A stretch of 60,373 nt of DNA, taken from the NCBI GenBank assembly GCA_015523565.1, contig WAKA01000219.1:1-60373 (forward strand), written 5' to 3'. The stretch comes from Candidatus Heimdallarchaeota archaeon (lineage in GTDB: Archaea; Asgardarchaeota; Heimdallarchaeia; Heimdallarchaeales; Kariarchaeaceae). The translations under genes were made by a program, and so were the position numbers. The notes beneath the pieces were generated by a model. That model ran no database searches. It worked only from the letters and a program-made list of their open reading frames with translations, and was not told the origin of the DNA. Shown one piece after another: positions 9,504-20,068 of the stretch (position 1 is its first letter; each line of letters opens with the position of its first letter).

Positions 9504-10885
9504 TCCTGTATTGCCTCCCGGATAATTCTTACCCCAAGCTGGTCTATTTTTGTGGGGTCAATCAGGATTGGTTTTGTGATTCCTCCAAGCATTACTTTTG
9601 TATCCCTGTACAAATCACTATTCTTAAACTTTTCAGGCGCCATTAAGAAATAGGATATTTCCCAATGTCTGTCCATACTCTTTTTAAGATAATTGAACAA
9701 TTGGTTAAGTTGAAGCATGCACTCACGTGTTTCTATTTTTGTTTTGGAGGCATTTTCCTCAAAATACTTGACTAGAAATTTATCTGGTCTGCCTGGAATT
9801 TTTCCCTTGAATGGCACGTTTGGTCTTCCATCTGTCAGTACAATTATTTGCACATCATAATCATTTTCTTGGTAATTGGCATAGACATGGTGCATTACCG
9901 CATTGACAGCATGAACCAATCTTGTCTTTCCTTTTGCCTCTGCTTCAAAGAGGAACCGTTCCAATTTCTTATTGTCATCAATTACATAGGGGACTTCTGT
10001 GACAGGCACTAAATGCATCTTGAATGTGTCAAACTCTCTCCGTTTCCTTCTGTTTGTCAGATTGAAGTAATAATACAATCCAAGAGATGTAAGGAGGGCA
10101 CCATCAAGTCTTGTCAGACCTCCACTGAAAACAGTTTTTGACATTGACTGACTGACATCCACGATGAAGTAAATTAATGCCAACCTATCCTTATCGACGA
10201 CCCTTATGTCTTCGGTTTCTATTGTGGGTGGTGGAATGTTCGCAGAACGCAGAATTGCCGCCTTATATGTCTCTCGTTTCCTGATTTTTCCTCTAGGTCT
10301 TGCATCGATGTTATCCACCGGTCTCAATGATGATTGCCTTATAATCATGTTTCCCAATGTTTTTCCTAGCACATCAAGTACATCGCTTTGCTGAACCCTT
10401 CTTTTTCTTCCAAACTGATCCCTGATTTCAATGTCTGTCAGTTCATTGAGCCTGCTGAGCATGGTTTTTGCCATTGAAAGGCCTTTACCCAGCTCTTGCC
10501 TCATTAATGCAAGATGTTTCTCAATGAATTTCATGATATCTTCTGGAGTCAAAAGCAGATCCTTGTTGACCAATTCAAGTGCTTCGGGAAGCGTGTAGTT
10601 CATCATGAAAGTCAGGATTTTCAGTTGTTCAATTAACTGCTCTTCAGTTTTTGCATCCAACTCTGTGGTTAACAACATGTCCCTGATTAGCTCCACAGAC
10701 TTGTTTGCTTCATTTGCAAGCCTGATGATTGTTCCTTCACGGGAAGATCTTCCTAAATGTGGGTTTCTCCACTTCCTGAGTATTTCTGCTGCATCCTGGA
10801 ATTGGAGAACAAATTCTGTGGAACCATAATTGACTAACGGATCCTGATAATGAGCCTCTGTTAGCCATTTAATGCGGTGTGGCAC
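9500..10885 (-). CDS. vWA (MIDAS) domain protein
   Basis: DVSQS (DxSxS), GKT and LTDG motifs; the preceding RETYKAAI linker is ChlD/YeaH-like. Confidence 0.88.
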   Translation of the reverse strand: MPHRIKWLTEAHYQDPLVNYGSTEFVLQFQDAAEILRKWRNPHLGRSSREGTIIRLANEANKSVELIRDMLLTTELDAKTEEQLIEQLKILTFMMNYTLPEALELVNKDLLLTPEDIMKFIEKHLALMRQELGKGLSMAKTMLSRLNELTDIEIRDQFGRKRRVQQSDVLDVLGKTLGNMIIRQSSLRPVDNIDARPRGKIRKRETYKAAILRSANIPPPTIETEDIRVVDKDRLALIYFIVDVSQSMSKTVFSGGLTRLDGALLTSLGLYYYFNLTNRRKRREFDTFKMHLVPVTEVPYVIDDNKKLERFLFEAEAKGKTRLVHAVNAVMHHVYANYQENDYDVQIIVLTDGRPNVPFKGKIPGRPDKFLVKYFEENASKTKIETRECMLQLNQLFNYLKKSMDRHWEISYFLMAPEKFKNSDLYRDTKVMLGGITKPILIDPTKIDQLGVRIIREAIQE

Positions 10886-10900
10886 TGAACAGGCCCCCTA

Positions 10901-12448
10901 TCAAAGATACGCAACATCAAGAAGTGATTCATAGCTTGGTTTGACCATGCCATAGATCTCGTCTTGTGCATCTTGGGGAAGATTTTCAATTCCTTCGTAT
11001 GAAATCACCAACTCTTTCATTTGCTCTTCTGTCATGGCCGTTAGTTTGTCCAATTCCTCGGTTACCTCTTCAACACTGATTGCACTGCCGCCTTCCCTCA
11101 AATGTTCTCTAATGCTCAGTTTCAAGGATTGCAAGGCATTATTGACCAAGGTGGGAGAAATATCATAAAGCTCGAATGTTGACTTGACATTGTCCAATGT
11201 GATAATGTTGCTCTCAGTGGTCTTATCCTCATTTGCCCTGATAACTATTTCACCAATGGCGTTGTTTAAGGTACGGAGGTCTATGTAAGGTGACCTTTGA
11301 GGATTGTGAACCTCATCAAGTCCTGCATAGAATTCCGCACGTGCCACTCTATCCTCTGATCTTCCTGTCAAGTTCTTCAATGAATTTGGAATAGATTCAC
11401 TGGCAAGATGAGCAACAAATTCAACGGCAAGCCTTGAGACAAAGTCATTCTTTCCCTCTCCCATCAATTCAAACATCCTGATCAATGCTGGATTGGCAAC
11501 AATATTTGCACGTTGAATGATTAGGTGTTCTTCAAACATGTCTTTAACAATCGCAATTCTGTCCTCTACATTTCTTGCAGGCCAGAGCACTTCAGGGATA
11601 CGGTTGATGATAGGTTGGGATTCTTCACCGAAGACTGTCAGTGGAGAGTTTGATGTGAAGATTATTGCCCCATCAACATACACTGGCTGTCCTGAGAGAT
11701 TATACTTGACCCCTTCTGGATCTTCCAAAAAGCCCATCAATGATTCCAATAGGCTTAAGTGCAATCTTTGAATTTCATTGACGACCAAGAATCCCTGTGA
11801 CAATGTTCCCACCTTGTGAGCTTTTGGATCAAATGTAGTGCTACTCGTGTCCCCGAAAAGCTGTTCTAAATTTTCAACCCCTGCCAAGAGCATGTACAGG
11901 CTGTCGGGGTCATTTCTTGGGTCGATTTGTGCAGTTCTGACAATCGTTTTTTCAACAGGTACGTTTTTGAGCAATTCAGGAACCTTATTGCCAAGTTTAA
12001 CAATCTGATCGGTATTGTCCAAATTGACCTGTTCCCCATTTCCTTCTGACAGGGTCTCTTCTATTGTCTGTCTTGCAAATGGTGAAAGACTTTGCAAAAC
12101 TTCAATTGCACCATAAATGTTTTTCTTGTAGTGGTCAATCACCTTGATGATATAGCCTGCATCTTCAAGGAAGGGGCTTCCTTTGATGTGATATTTTTTG
12201 TCATTGATCTCATGTGTAAGATGATTAAGTAATACTCTTGCAAAAAGTGTTTTTGCTTCACCTGTTGGCCCTGTCAACAATACTTTGCCACCGACTGCCA
12301 ACTTGTCCATGACCAATTGTTTTACATTGTTGTTACCCCTAACAGTTTTGTCCTCCAATACCTTGTTCCTAAATTTTTCATCTGTCATGATGGATCTGAC
12401 AGAGCATCCTTGATAGCCTGCCTCAATTAAATCTTGAACTGTTTGCAT
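10901..12448 (-). CDS. AAA+ ATPase of the MoxR/chelatase clade, Rv0958-like
   Basis: Walker A GPTGEAKT, Walker B FLVVNE, sensor FTSN and R-finger IINR. The N-terminus TVQDLIEAGY..SVR resembles the Rv0958 family. Confidence 0.8.
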   Translation of the reverse strand: MQTVQDLIEAGYQGCSVRSIMTDEKFRNKVLEDKTVRGNNNVKQLVMDKLAVGGKVLLTGPTGEAKTLFARVLLNHLTHEINDKKYHIKGSPFLEDAGYIIKVIDHYKKNIYGAIEVLQSLSPFARQTIEETLSEGNGEQVNLDNTDQIVKLGNKVPELLKNVPVEKTIVRTAQIDPRNDPDSLYMLLAGVENLEQLFGDTSSTTFDPKAHKVGTLSQGFLVVNEIQRLHLSLLESLMGFLEDPEGVKYNLSGQPVYVDGAIIFTSNSPLTVFGEESQPIINRIPEVLWPARNVEDRIAIVKDMFEEHLIIQRANIVANPALIRMFELMGEGKNDFVSRLAVEFVAHLASESIPNSLKNLTGRSEDRVARAEFYAGLDEVHNPQRSPYIDLRTLNNAIGEIVIRANEDKTTESNIITLDNVKSTFELYDISPTLVNNALQSLKLSIREHLREGGSAISVEEVTEELDKLTAMTEEQMKELVISYEGIENLPQDAQDEIYGMVKPSYESLLDVAYL

Positions 12449-12508
12449 ACATGACTAAATTTGATGGTTCTCATATAAAATAAACGATGGTGACAGTCGC
12501 CTTACGGT

Positions 12509-13090
12509 CTATGAACCTAAAAATTGTCGTGCTAAATTGCTGATTTCCTCATCTGGAAGGTTTGCATAATGTTCCAATGCTTCCCTTATCTTGTTGTCTA
12601 CCAATTCATTTTTGCCTAAGGCAAATCCAAGGCTCTTAATTACTGCCTTTTTTACGGGATCTATTTGGGAAATACCTAGACTTATCAGGATTTCCACTGT
12701 TTCATCCACTCTGTCTGGTTCAAAAGCCCCTTTTTTCTCTAGCCATTTTACTGGATCCTCTCCAAACAATGCCTCTTGTATAAATCCAGCAGACCAATTG
12801 CTTCCCTGTCCACTACTACCGAGTTCAGTTGTTGCAGGCGTGCTTTCAGTTGTCCAAACCGATTGTGATACCTGTTTTTGAAATTCATCCGGGTCATCAA
12901 TGGATCTGACCACATTTGGTGTGTCCAAAGTTAATTCATCATGGCATTTGTTGCAAATGAATCTTACAATTATGTGCCCAACCTCATTTTTTCTTGACTG
13001 GAGCCATCTTACCCCTTCTTCACCACAAATATCACAATACCTGAATTCCATCTCTTCTTCCAAAGGCCTTCCAATGAAATCTTCTGCCAT
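12509..13090 (-). CDS. Zn-ribbon protein with C-terminal HEAT-like helices
   Basis: CDIC..CNKC, then an S/T-rich linker, then DPVKKAVIKSLG..D.EISNLA. Confidence 0.7.
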   Translation of the reverse strand: MAEDFIGRPLEEEMEFRYCDICGEEGVRWLQSRKNEVGHIIVRFICNKCHDELTLDTPNVVRSIDDPDEFQKQVSQSVWTTESTPATTELGSSGQGSNWSAGFIQEALFGEDPVKWLEKKGAFEPDRVDETVEILISLGISQIDPVKKAVIKSLGFALGKNELVDNKIREALEHYANLPDEEISNLARQFLGS

Positions 13091-13136
13091 GAATCATCTT
13101 GCTCATTCACACACAAAAAGCTTATTCTCCATAAAA

Positions 13137-13155
13137 ATACTGTAGTACTACGTAT
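13137..13155. promoter_or_regulatory. palindromic putative operator in the divergent promoter
   Basis: Perfect palindrome GTAGTACTAC at 13142-13151, extended imperfectly by ATAC..GTAT. Confidence 0.4.
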
Positions 13156-13211
13156 GTATCACAACTTATTTAATAATTTCTCAGACGATATTCTCTTACG
13201 GTGAACATATT

Positions 13212-13379
13212 ATGAGGTTAGTAACTGTCCATCTTCCAAAAGAATTTCTTTACGGATTAGACGAACTTGTCAGGCTACAAAAATACCCTACCCGATCTGA
13301 AGCCATTAGGGTTGCCATTCGAGATTTACTAAAAGATGAGCTTTGGAGCGCATCTGTAGCAAAATCATCATCCGTTTAA
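13212..13379 (+). CDS. CopG/CdrS-like ribbon-helix-helix regulator (55 aa, absent from the ORF track)
   Basis: Manual translation gives MRLVTVHLPKEFLYGLDELVRLQKYPTRSEAIRVAIRDLLKDELWSASVAKSSSV, with the classic RHH motif RSEAIR.AIRDLL. Confidence 0.9.
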   Translation: MRLVTVHLPKEFLYGLDELVRLQKYPTRSEAIRVAIRDLLKDELWSASVAKSSSV

Positions 13380-13598
13380 CAGTTGGATTGCAACCGCGAT
13401 AACATCAGTCCCGACATTCCCTGGTTTATTGCCTGCAAGTTCCTGAAGGTATTCCTCCCATTCAATTGACCCCAGTGCTTTCTTCCATTTTTCAAATCCT
13501 TCTTTAATTCGTTCAAAGGCAATTTTATGCCTTCTGCAATATTCCCCATCATAAATGATGGTTGAACATTCTTCCGCCTTGCATTGAATATCTGACAC
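13368..13598 (-). CDS. small Cys/His Zn-binding protein
   Basis: C-x4-C-x9-C-x2-H followed by W..A.G...W.EYL. Confidence 0.65.
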   Translation of the reverse strand: MSDIQCKAEECSTIIYDGEYCRRHKIAFERIKEGFEKWKKALGSIEWEEYLQELAGNKPGNVGTDVIAVAIQLLNG

Positions 13599-13713
13599 AT
13601 TCCTATTCTATTTTACATTCTTAAAACCCTATGGTTCTTTCTCAACTTGGAAAGTCTTGCACCTTGTGAAACATTTTTTTTGAAAGAAATCAAGGAAACT
13701 ATGAGTCGACCCC

Positions 13714-14823
13714 ATGAGCACTACACAGGAAAAAATCCAAGAAATTGAGGAAGAACTCAGGAGAACAAAGGTAAATAAGGCTACAGAAAGCCATGTCGGC
13801 CGGCTCAAGGCAAAGCTTGCCAAACTGAAACGACAACAGCAAGAGCAAATCCTTGCAAAAAGCGGAAAAGGTGGTTCTGGATACGACATCAAAAAAAGTG
13901 GTGACAGTAGTGTGGCCCTTATTGGTCTTCCATCAGTGGGAAAGTCAACACTAATGGGACGGCTGACAAACAAGGAATCAAAAACAGGAAAATATGCATT
14001 CACCACACTTGAAGCCATTCCTGGCATTATGGAATACGAAGGAACTCAAGTTCAGATCATTGACCTTCCTGGAATTATTTCTGGTGCATCAAAAGGGAAA
14101 GGTCGAGGCAAACAGGTTCTTGGAGTCGCCCGAAGTGCAGATCTTATCCTTGTTGTTCTTGATGTGTTTGAAGCTGAAACGCACATGCGACTTATTTTGG
14201 AGGAACTTTATCACTTCGGCATCAGGCTTGACCAAGAAAAACCTGATATAGAGATCGAAAAAACTAGGAGTGGGGGCATTGCCATTGCATCCATTAAGCA
14301 ACTTACCAAAATTGATGAAAAAACAATCAAAGCCATCATGCATGAATACAAGATTATCAATGCAAATGTGACCATTAGAACCGATATTGACGCCGACCAA
14401 CTTATTGACGTACTTGAAGGAAACCGTGTGTATATCCCCTCTGTTGTCGTTGCCAATAAAGTTGACCTTGCCACCCCTGAAATGATTGAGGAACTTAAAC
14501 AGAAAATGCGTATTGACCTCTTTATTTCAGCAGAAACCAATTATAATATGCTTGAACTTAAGAAAGTTCTCTTTGAAAAGCTAAACTTGATCCGTATTTA
14601 TTTGAAACCATATGGGCAACAACCTGATTATGAGGAACCTCTTATAATGAAAGCGGGATGCACTGTAAAAGATGTCTGCAACAAGCTTCATCGAAACTTG
14701 GTCAAGGAGTTCAAATTCGCAAGGGTTTGGGGAAAATCTGCCAAACATGAGGGACAACGGGTAATGCTTAACCACGTTTTACAGGATGAGGACGTCCTTA
14801 CAATTATTAAATCAAGGAATTAA
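13714..14823 (+). CDS. DRG/Rbg1-family OBG GTPase with TGS domain
   Basis: NKATE.H, GLPSVGKST, YAFTTL, DLPG, NKVD and VWGKSAKH. Confidence 0.95.
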   Translation: MSTTQEKIQEIEEELRRTKVNKATESHVGRLKAKLAKLKRQQQEQILAKSGKGGSGYDIKKSGDSSVALIGLPSVGKSTLMGRLTNKESKTGKYAFTTLEAIPGIMEYEGTQVQIIDLPGIISGASKGKGRGKQVLGVARSADLILVVLDVFEAETHMRLILEELYHFGIRLDQEKPDIEIEKTRSGGIAIASIKQLTKIDEKTIKAIMHEYKIINANVTIRTDIDADQLIDVLEGNRVYIPSVVVANKVDLATPEMIEELKQKMRIDLFISAETNYNMLELKKVLFEKLNLIRIYLKPYGQQPDYEEPLIMKAGCTVKDVCNKLHRNLVKEFKFARVWGKSAKHEGQRVMLNHVLQDEDVLTIIKSRN

Positions 14824-14902
14824 TTGTTTTTCCCTTCATTTTTTTATCGTGAAGGTCAACTATAACCTATATTAATGGAATTATTCCATAATAGTAATAA
14901 TA

Positions 14903-15619
14903 ATGAATTCGGTGCTTAAGAAAATTGTAATCCTTGGCACCACAGGAAGCGGAAAAACAACTTTTCTGAAAAATCTGGTGGGCAAGGTGGATGATGCAGA
15001 GGTCAAAAGAAAGGTAGTCATTGAAGAGGCTCAGGTTTTAAACACATTCACTCCAATTGACAAAAAGCACTTCGAAGATTCAACCACTACAGTTTCTTTC
15101 AATGTAAGAAATGTTCTTTTTGCAACAACCACCTCCAATCAATTCCAGTTTTTCCATATTGAGAAAAATAAGGTGCCCCCTGAATTTGATGAAACCCTTG
15201 ATTCTGTTTTTCCAACTGTCATAATCGATACAGCTGGGCAGGAACGGTTTCAATTCATGCAAGAGATCGGCATCAAAGGTGCAGATGCCGCAATAATTTT
15301 TGCTGACGGCACAAACATCCAATCAATTGAACGTGTTTCCCATTATTATGAATTAATCATGAATGAATCAAAAACAAGCGCAAAAACCATTCCTATAGTG
15401 ATTTTTGTTAATAAGATGGATCTACGAGATAAGGGATATTATATTGGCAAACAACCATTGGAGAACATTACCGATGATCTGGTTGAGGTCTACGAAACAA
15501 GCAATCTTGATCCCGAAACCTTTTTCCCTGGACTTCGGACTCTTCTGTATAAAATTACTGGATTTCCAGTTAGTATTAATGAAATCAAACTCAAATCCAT
15601 CCATGAGGTTTTCGAATAA
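14903..15619 (+). CDS. Ras-superfamily small GTPase with insertions
   Basis: G1 GTTGSGKT, G3 DTAGQERF, G4 NKMD and G5 ETS. Confidence 0.88.
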   Translation: MNSVLKKIVILGTTGSGKTTFLKNLVGKVDDAEVKRKVVIEEAQVLNTFTPIDKKHFEDSTTTVSFNVRNVLFATTTSNQFQFFHIEKNKVPPEFDETLDSVFPTVIIDTAGQERFQFMQEIGIKGADAAIIFADGTNIQSIERVSHYYELIMNESKTSAKTIPIVIFVNKMDLRDKGYYIGKQPLENITDDLVEVYETSNLDPETFFPGLRTLLYKITGFPVSINEIKLKSIHEVFE

Positions 15620-15676
15620 TATCCCCTATCGCTACCTTTCCATGTCCCTTTTGCTATCTTAATAAAATTAAGGGAC

Positions 15677-16729
15677 TTGCTCTTACTTGAAATGCAAAAA
15701 ATTTGTATCACTGTCTCCCCTCTCGGTTTTGGGCATGTGACCCGTCAATTTGCACTTATTGACGCTCTTCTCAATGAATGGCCCGATTTGGATATCAAAC
15801 TTTTCTGTAGTTCTACCCATGCAAAAATAATCAACTCTGAATACAATGGAATCCCGATTGAAACAATTGCCACCCCATATTTCCCCCTTTTTACGATTGA
15901 TGGGTATGATAGAGTCAATAAAAACAAAACTCTTTCCTCTTATAGACTTATGTTAGAAAAAAAGGAAACTGGAGAATTCAACGAGTTTTGGAGACATAAT
16001 CTACGTGATGCCCGTGTTATCATCAATGATATTGAATCCTTACATAACGAGATTGCAAAAGACATGGGAATTCCCATCGTAAACATTTCCAATTTCACAT
16101 GGTCCGATCTGTTGACGGAGATTGGATTGTCTGAACTTTCCCATGAATATTATCTGATGGAAGCCTTGGGTGATCTTAACATTCGGCTTCCCTTTACAAC
16201 AGGTTGCAAGAGTTTTCCTAAATATGTCGATGTAGGGTTACTTTGCAGAAATATCGACTTTGAAAAAAAAGTACTTGAAATTGATGAGCCATATGCTGTT
16301 TTGTTGCTTGGAAACATCAACCGAACTTTGGACCTGATGGGAATCTGCAATGTACTGATTGAAAACAGCATCACTCCAGTTATTGTCGGCAAGGATGCTT
16401 CCATAGAAGGGGTGTATTCGTATCATGGCAATGAAGTGCATAACTTAATAGGTCACGCCTCTGTTGTGCTTGGAAAGGTTGGTTATTCAACTGTTTCCGA
16501 AATTTACTGTTCTGGTGTACCTTTTATCCACTTTAAACGTCAAGGGTCGCTTGAAGACAATGTCCTTTCTGACCAAATCATGTCTGATGGGAGGGGGATA
16601 TTTGTTGACTTCAATATGACTGGTTCAGAAATTGGAAATTTAATGGTCAATTGGTCTGGAAAAAAATTCCTGAAAGTGAAGAATGCAAACAAGCAAATCG
16701 CCTCTTTAGTTGGACAATATCTGATGTGA
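15677..16729 (+). CDS. GT-B glycosyltransferase-like protein
   Basis: GFGHVTR, ISNFTW and GKVGYSTVSE. Confidence 0.8.
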   Translation: MLLLEMQKICITVSPLGFGHVTRQFALIDALLNEWPDLDIKLFCSSTHAKIINSEYNGIPIETIATPYFPLFTIDGYDRVNKNKTLSSYRLMLEKKETGEFNEFWRHNLRDARVIINDIESLHNEIAKDMGIPIVNISNFTWSDLLTEIGLSELSHEYYLMEALGDLNIRLPFTTGCKSFPKYVDVGLLCRNIDFEKKVLEIDEPYAVLLLGNINRTLDLMGICNVLIENSITPVIVGKDASIEGVYSYHGNEVHNLIGHASVVLGKVGYSTVSEIYCSGVPFIHFKRQGSLEDNVLSDQIMSDGRGIFVDFNMTGSEIGNLMVNWSGKKFLKVKNANKQIASLVGQYLM

Positions 16730-16964
16730 TTTTTTCCCTTCAAAGAATAAAGCTATTCATTAATTGTGAATTGTATTTTCTCATAATATTATATGGATAG
16801 GGGACATTTCCTCTTGCCAACACCACCAAGTCATAAATAGCATGAAAGACATCCGCAGATCTATTTCTGTCTTCCATGGTGGATAGATATCTATTTGATT
16901 TTCCCATACTATTTTATTCCACGTTTGAAGAGAAAAATTCATTAATTTTTTTTTCCACAAAGTT

Positions 16965-17531
16965 ATGCAAATCCTCAAGGTTATTGTTTTGATTCTAATC
17001 ATGCAATCTAATTATTTTATCCCTACTGTTCATTTAACTGCCACTGATGGACTCATATCCTATTCCTCACTCTATGGTGGCAACGCCATGTCTGGTGTGG
17101 ATGACTGTACTCAGTTAAAATTTATCTCTTGTGATTCAATTTTGAATTTACTTCCATCAGGTGGTGATTATAAAGGAACTGTTGTTGTCATGGACGATGG
17201 TCTCTCTGTTTTCGATTGGTTTAATATTGAAGATGCGACAAATGCCAATGGTCTGTATCTTGACATTGTGGCTTTTGTTGTTCCCGATGAAAATGGAACT
17301 CCTGTTGTTTATGGTGATTATGGTGTTCGCGGTCGTAATGCCTATCCATCAATTTCTCAAATTCTAGATATCTTGAAAAATTCTGATGGAAATACAGGCT
17401 GGTCGCAACTCTATGGATGGGGCTATGTCGATTTATTGGAATCATATTTGGATGCTGTGGATTTAGGGATTTCTATAGGAAATGCTGGAAGTGGTGGTGG
17501 AGGATGCGGAAGCAATTGTGGACTTTTGTGA
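16965..17531 (+). pseudogene. internally deleted subtilase (S8)-like secreted protein
   Basis: Signal peptide, Asp motif VVVMDDG and C-terminal YGWGYVD are present. No HGT or GTS motif lies between them. Confidence 0.5.
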
Positions 17532-17542
17532 GGTGCATAAAA

Positions 17543-18208
17543 ATGAGATTATTATACTTTGTAATTATTATCCTTGTACTATTTTCTTATTCTGTTTCAG
17601 GATGCGAAAAGGATTTGGGCGATCGTTACCTTAAAGTGGAAAGATCTTTTACAACACGTATTGCCACATATGATATTACTTTTGGTCCTGAAGTCAACCG
17701 AACTTACAGGGGATTCAAATTTACTATTTATACTTATAATTATACTGATGACCTTGAATATAGGTATCTCAATTTAACTGCTGTCATTCTATTGAATGAA
17801 AGTCTCCCTGTTCTTGATTCCCCTGATGACTATATGGCTGATGGTGTCATAAAAGTAAGATATGAAGACTATTGGATTGTTGGGAAAAGGGTCAACTTTC
17901 CATTTGTTTCAGATACTGGAAAATATTATGAATGGAATGAAACTGTCTTTTTCAATGGGACAATGGAAGAAAAGACCCAAAATTGGAATGTCGACAACCC
18001 ATACAAGGTAAAACTTGTTCTTTATTATGAAGGTGATTTTCCCTCCCGTACTTATGGATTTGAGATGCGGGTTTTTCTAGCAAAACTTGTCTGTCTTGGA
18101 GAACCTTCGTTTGTGTCTTCTCAAAATTCCAGTGTTCAAGTCATTGTAATTCCTGTTGTTTTAGCTATAACATTTTTGTCCAAAAGAAGGATTAAAAAGC
18201 AACCTTGA
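17543..18208 (+). CDS. secreted or surface protein with C-terminal TM anchor
   Basis: GAGGTG ribosome-binding site before ATG 17543; signal peptide; many N-x-S/T sequons; TM helix + KRRIKK. Confidence 0.7.
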   Translation: MRLLYFVIIILVLFSYSVSGCEKDLGDRYLKVERSFTTRIATYDITFGPEVNRTYRGFKFTIYTYNYTDDLEYRYLNLTAVILLNESLPVLDSPDDYMADGVIKVRYEDYWIVGKRVNFPFVSDTGKYYEWNETVFFNGTMEEKTQNWNVDNPYKVKLVLYYEGDFPSRTYGFEMRVFLAKLVCLGEPSFVSSQNSSVQVIVIPVVLAITFLSKRRIKKQP

Positions 18209-18472
18209 TAATTCTTCTCTACTCAATTTGTTCAAACTTGCATGTTTGGATGCTAATTCAAGTGATACGAATTTCTTTTGTCATGTCTCCGAAAAATAGG
18301 GGTCAACTTGGAAAATCTGCAATGTATTATATGGTTATAAAATACAATTCCACACATTTTTGGAATTTTTCGTATAATATCAATACGAGGGTATGATAAA
18401 TGATTTCCTTCAAATTAACTTTATATATGATTAATTATCTGCTCGATTAACTATTATATTATCATAAAATAG

Positions 18473-20068
18473 TTGGTGAAGTTATTGAAGTTTGAAGTGA
18501 CTGATGATCGTATTGGAGAGGTTCTGACTCCTGATGCGATTCAATTTGTTCATGATCTGTCATTCCAATTTTCTAGTCGCATTGAGCAGTTGCTTGAGAT
18601 GCGGAATGAAGTTCACAGGCAAATCAGGGAAGGAAAACGCCCAAAATTCTTGCAAGAGACACGGGGCATTCGGGAAGGGGACTGGCAAGTTTCTCCATAT
18701 CCAGTGTTTCTTGCAGATAGACGGGTTGAAATTACAGGTCCTGCTGAACGTAAAATGATGATAAACGCCTTCAATTCAGGGGCAAATGTGTATATGGCTG
18801 ATTTTGAAGATTCTTTGACCCCTACTTGGCGAAACTTAATGTATGGGCAAATCAACCTCAAGGACTTCGTTGATGGTCAGTTGGCATACATTTCACCTGA
18901 AGGAAAGAGGTATGAAATTGGAACTGATCCTGCAATACTTTTTGTTCGTCCTAGAGGTTTGCATTTGTTTGAGGAAACTTTCCCTGGTGGTAAAATCCCT
19001 GCCTGCTTGGTTGATTTTGGATTGTTTTTCTTCCACAATGCAAAAAAATTGTTGGATAAGGGATTTGCCCCATGTTTTTATCTTCCAAAACTTGAGTCCT
19101 ACCATGAGGCAAAACTTTGGGCAGATATCTTTGATTGGGCGGAAAAAAGGATTGGTTTGCCACATGGTGTAACAAAGGCTACTGTATTGATTGAACATAT
19201 TTTGGCGTCATTTCAAATGGAAGAAATTCTTTATGAGCTAAGGGATTATTCTGCTGGGTTGAATTGTGGCAGATGGGATTATATTTTCAGTTACATAAAG
19301 ACTTTTGCACATGACCCCTTGTTTATAGTCCCTGATAGATCGGAGGTCACTATGGATAAAGGGTTTTTGAAGGCATACGTTGATTTGTTGATTAAAACCT
19401 GCCATCGCCGTGGAACTTTTGCCATGGGGGGTATGGCCGCCCAAATCCCAATCAAACATGACCCTGAAGCCAACAGAGATGCGCTTGAAAAAGTCAAGGC
19501 TGACAAGATACGGGAGGTGACAAGTGGGCATGATGGCACTTGGGTTGCTCATCCTGGACTTGTTGGTCCTGTCAAGCAGATCTTTGACGAATACATGCCT
19601 GAACCGAACCAAATTCACAATCTTCGCAATGATGTTTCTGTCAGTGCTGACGATTTGCTTAGGGTTCCTGAAGGGTCTATTACTGAACAAGGTGTTCGAT
19701 TGAACATTAATGTTGCCTTGCAGTATCTGATGAATTGGTTGAATGGAACTGGTTGTGTGGCAATCAACTATCTGATGGAGGATGCGGCAACAGCAGAAAT
19801 CAGCCGTGTTCAGCTCTGGCAATGGTTGCATCATAATGTGGAATTGGCAGATGGTCAAAGGTTTACGCAGGAATTGTTCAAGACCTTCCTTCAAGAAGAA
19901 AGGCAGAAGATTGAAGCTAACATGCTTATCCCTCCAAAATATTTGGAAAAGGCTGTTCAATTGCTTACTGATCTAGTTCTTTCTGAGGAGCTTCAAGAAT
20001 TCCTAACGATACCTGCGTATCAAATGATACAACAAGATACGGGGGAGAACCCAAAAACTGAAACATGA
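18473..20068 (+). CDS. aceB: malate synthase A
   Basis: [31 protein letters not shown] and [11 protein letters not shown]. Confidence 0.97.
   Translation: MVKLLKFEVTDDRIGEVLTPDAIQFVHDLSFQFSSRIEQLLEMRNEVHRQIREGKRPKFLQETRGIREGDWQVSPYPVFLADRRVEITGPAERKMMINAFNSGANVYMADFEDSLTPTWRNLMYGQINLKDFVDGQLAYISPEGKRYEIGTDPAILFVRPRGLHLFEETFPGGKIPACLVDFGLFFFHNAKKLLDKGFAPCFYLPKLESYHEAKLWADIFDWAEKRIGLPHGVTKATVLIEHILASFQMEEILYELRDYSAGLNCGRWDYIFSYIKTFAHDPLFIVPDRSEVTMDKGFLKAYVDLLIKTCHRRGTFAMGGMAAQIPIKHDPEANRDALEKVKADKIREVTSGHDGTWVAHPGLVGPVKQIFDEYMPEPNQIHNLRNDVSVSADDLLRVPEGSITEQGVRLNINVALQYLMNWLNGTGCVAINYLMEDAATAEISRVQLWQWLHHNVELADGQRFTQELFKTFLQEERQKIEANMLIPPKYLEKAVQLLTDLVLSEELQEFLTIPAYQMIQQDTGENPKTET

Noticed and set aside
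18209-18472. TATGATAA/TTATCATA inverted repeat upstream of aceB as an operator
   Set aside because: It is short, AT-rich and widely spaced, so it cannot be distinguished from chance.
19238-19960. 240-aa antisense ORF inside aceB, and the other short overlapping ORFs in the track
   Set aside because: They lie antisense or off-frame to well-supported genes and show no motifs.
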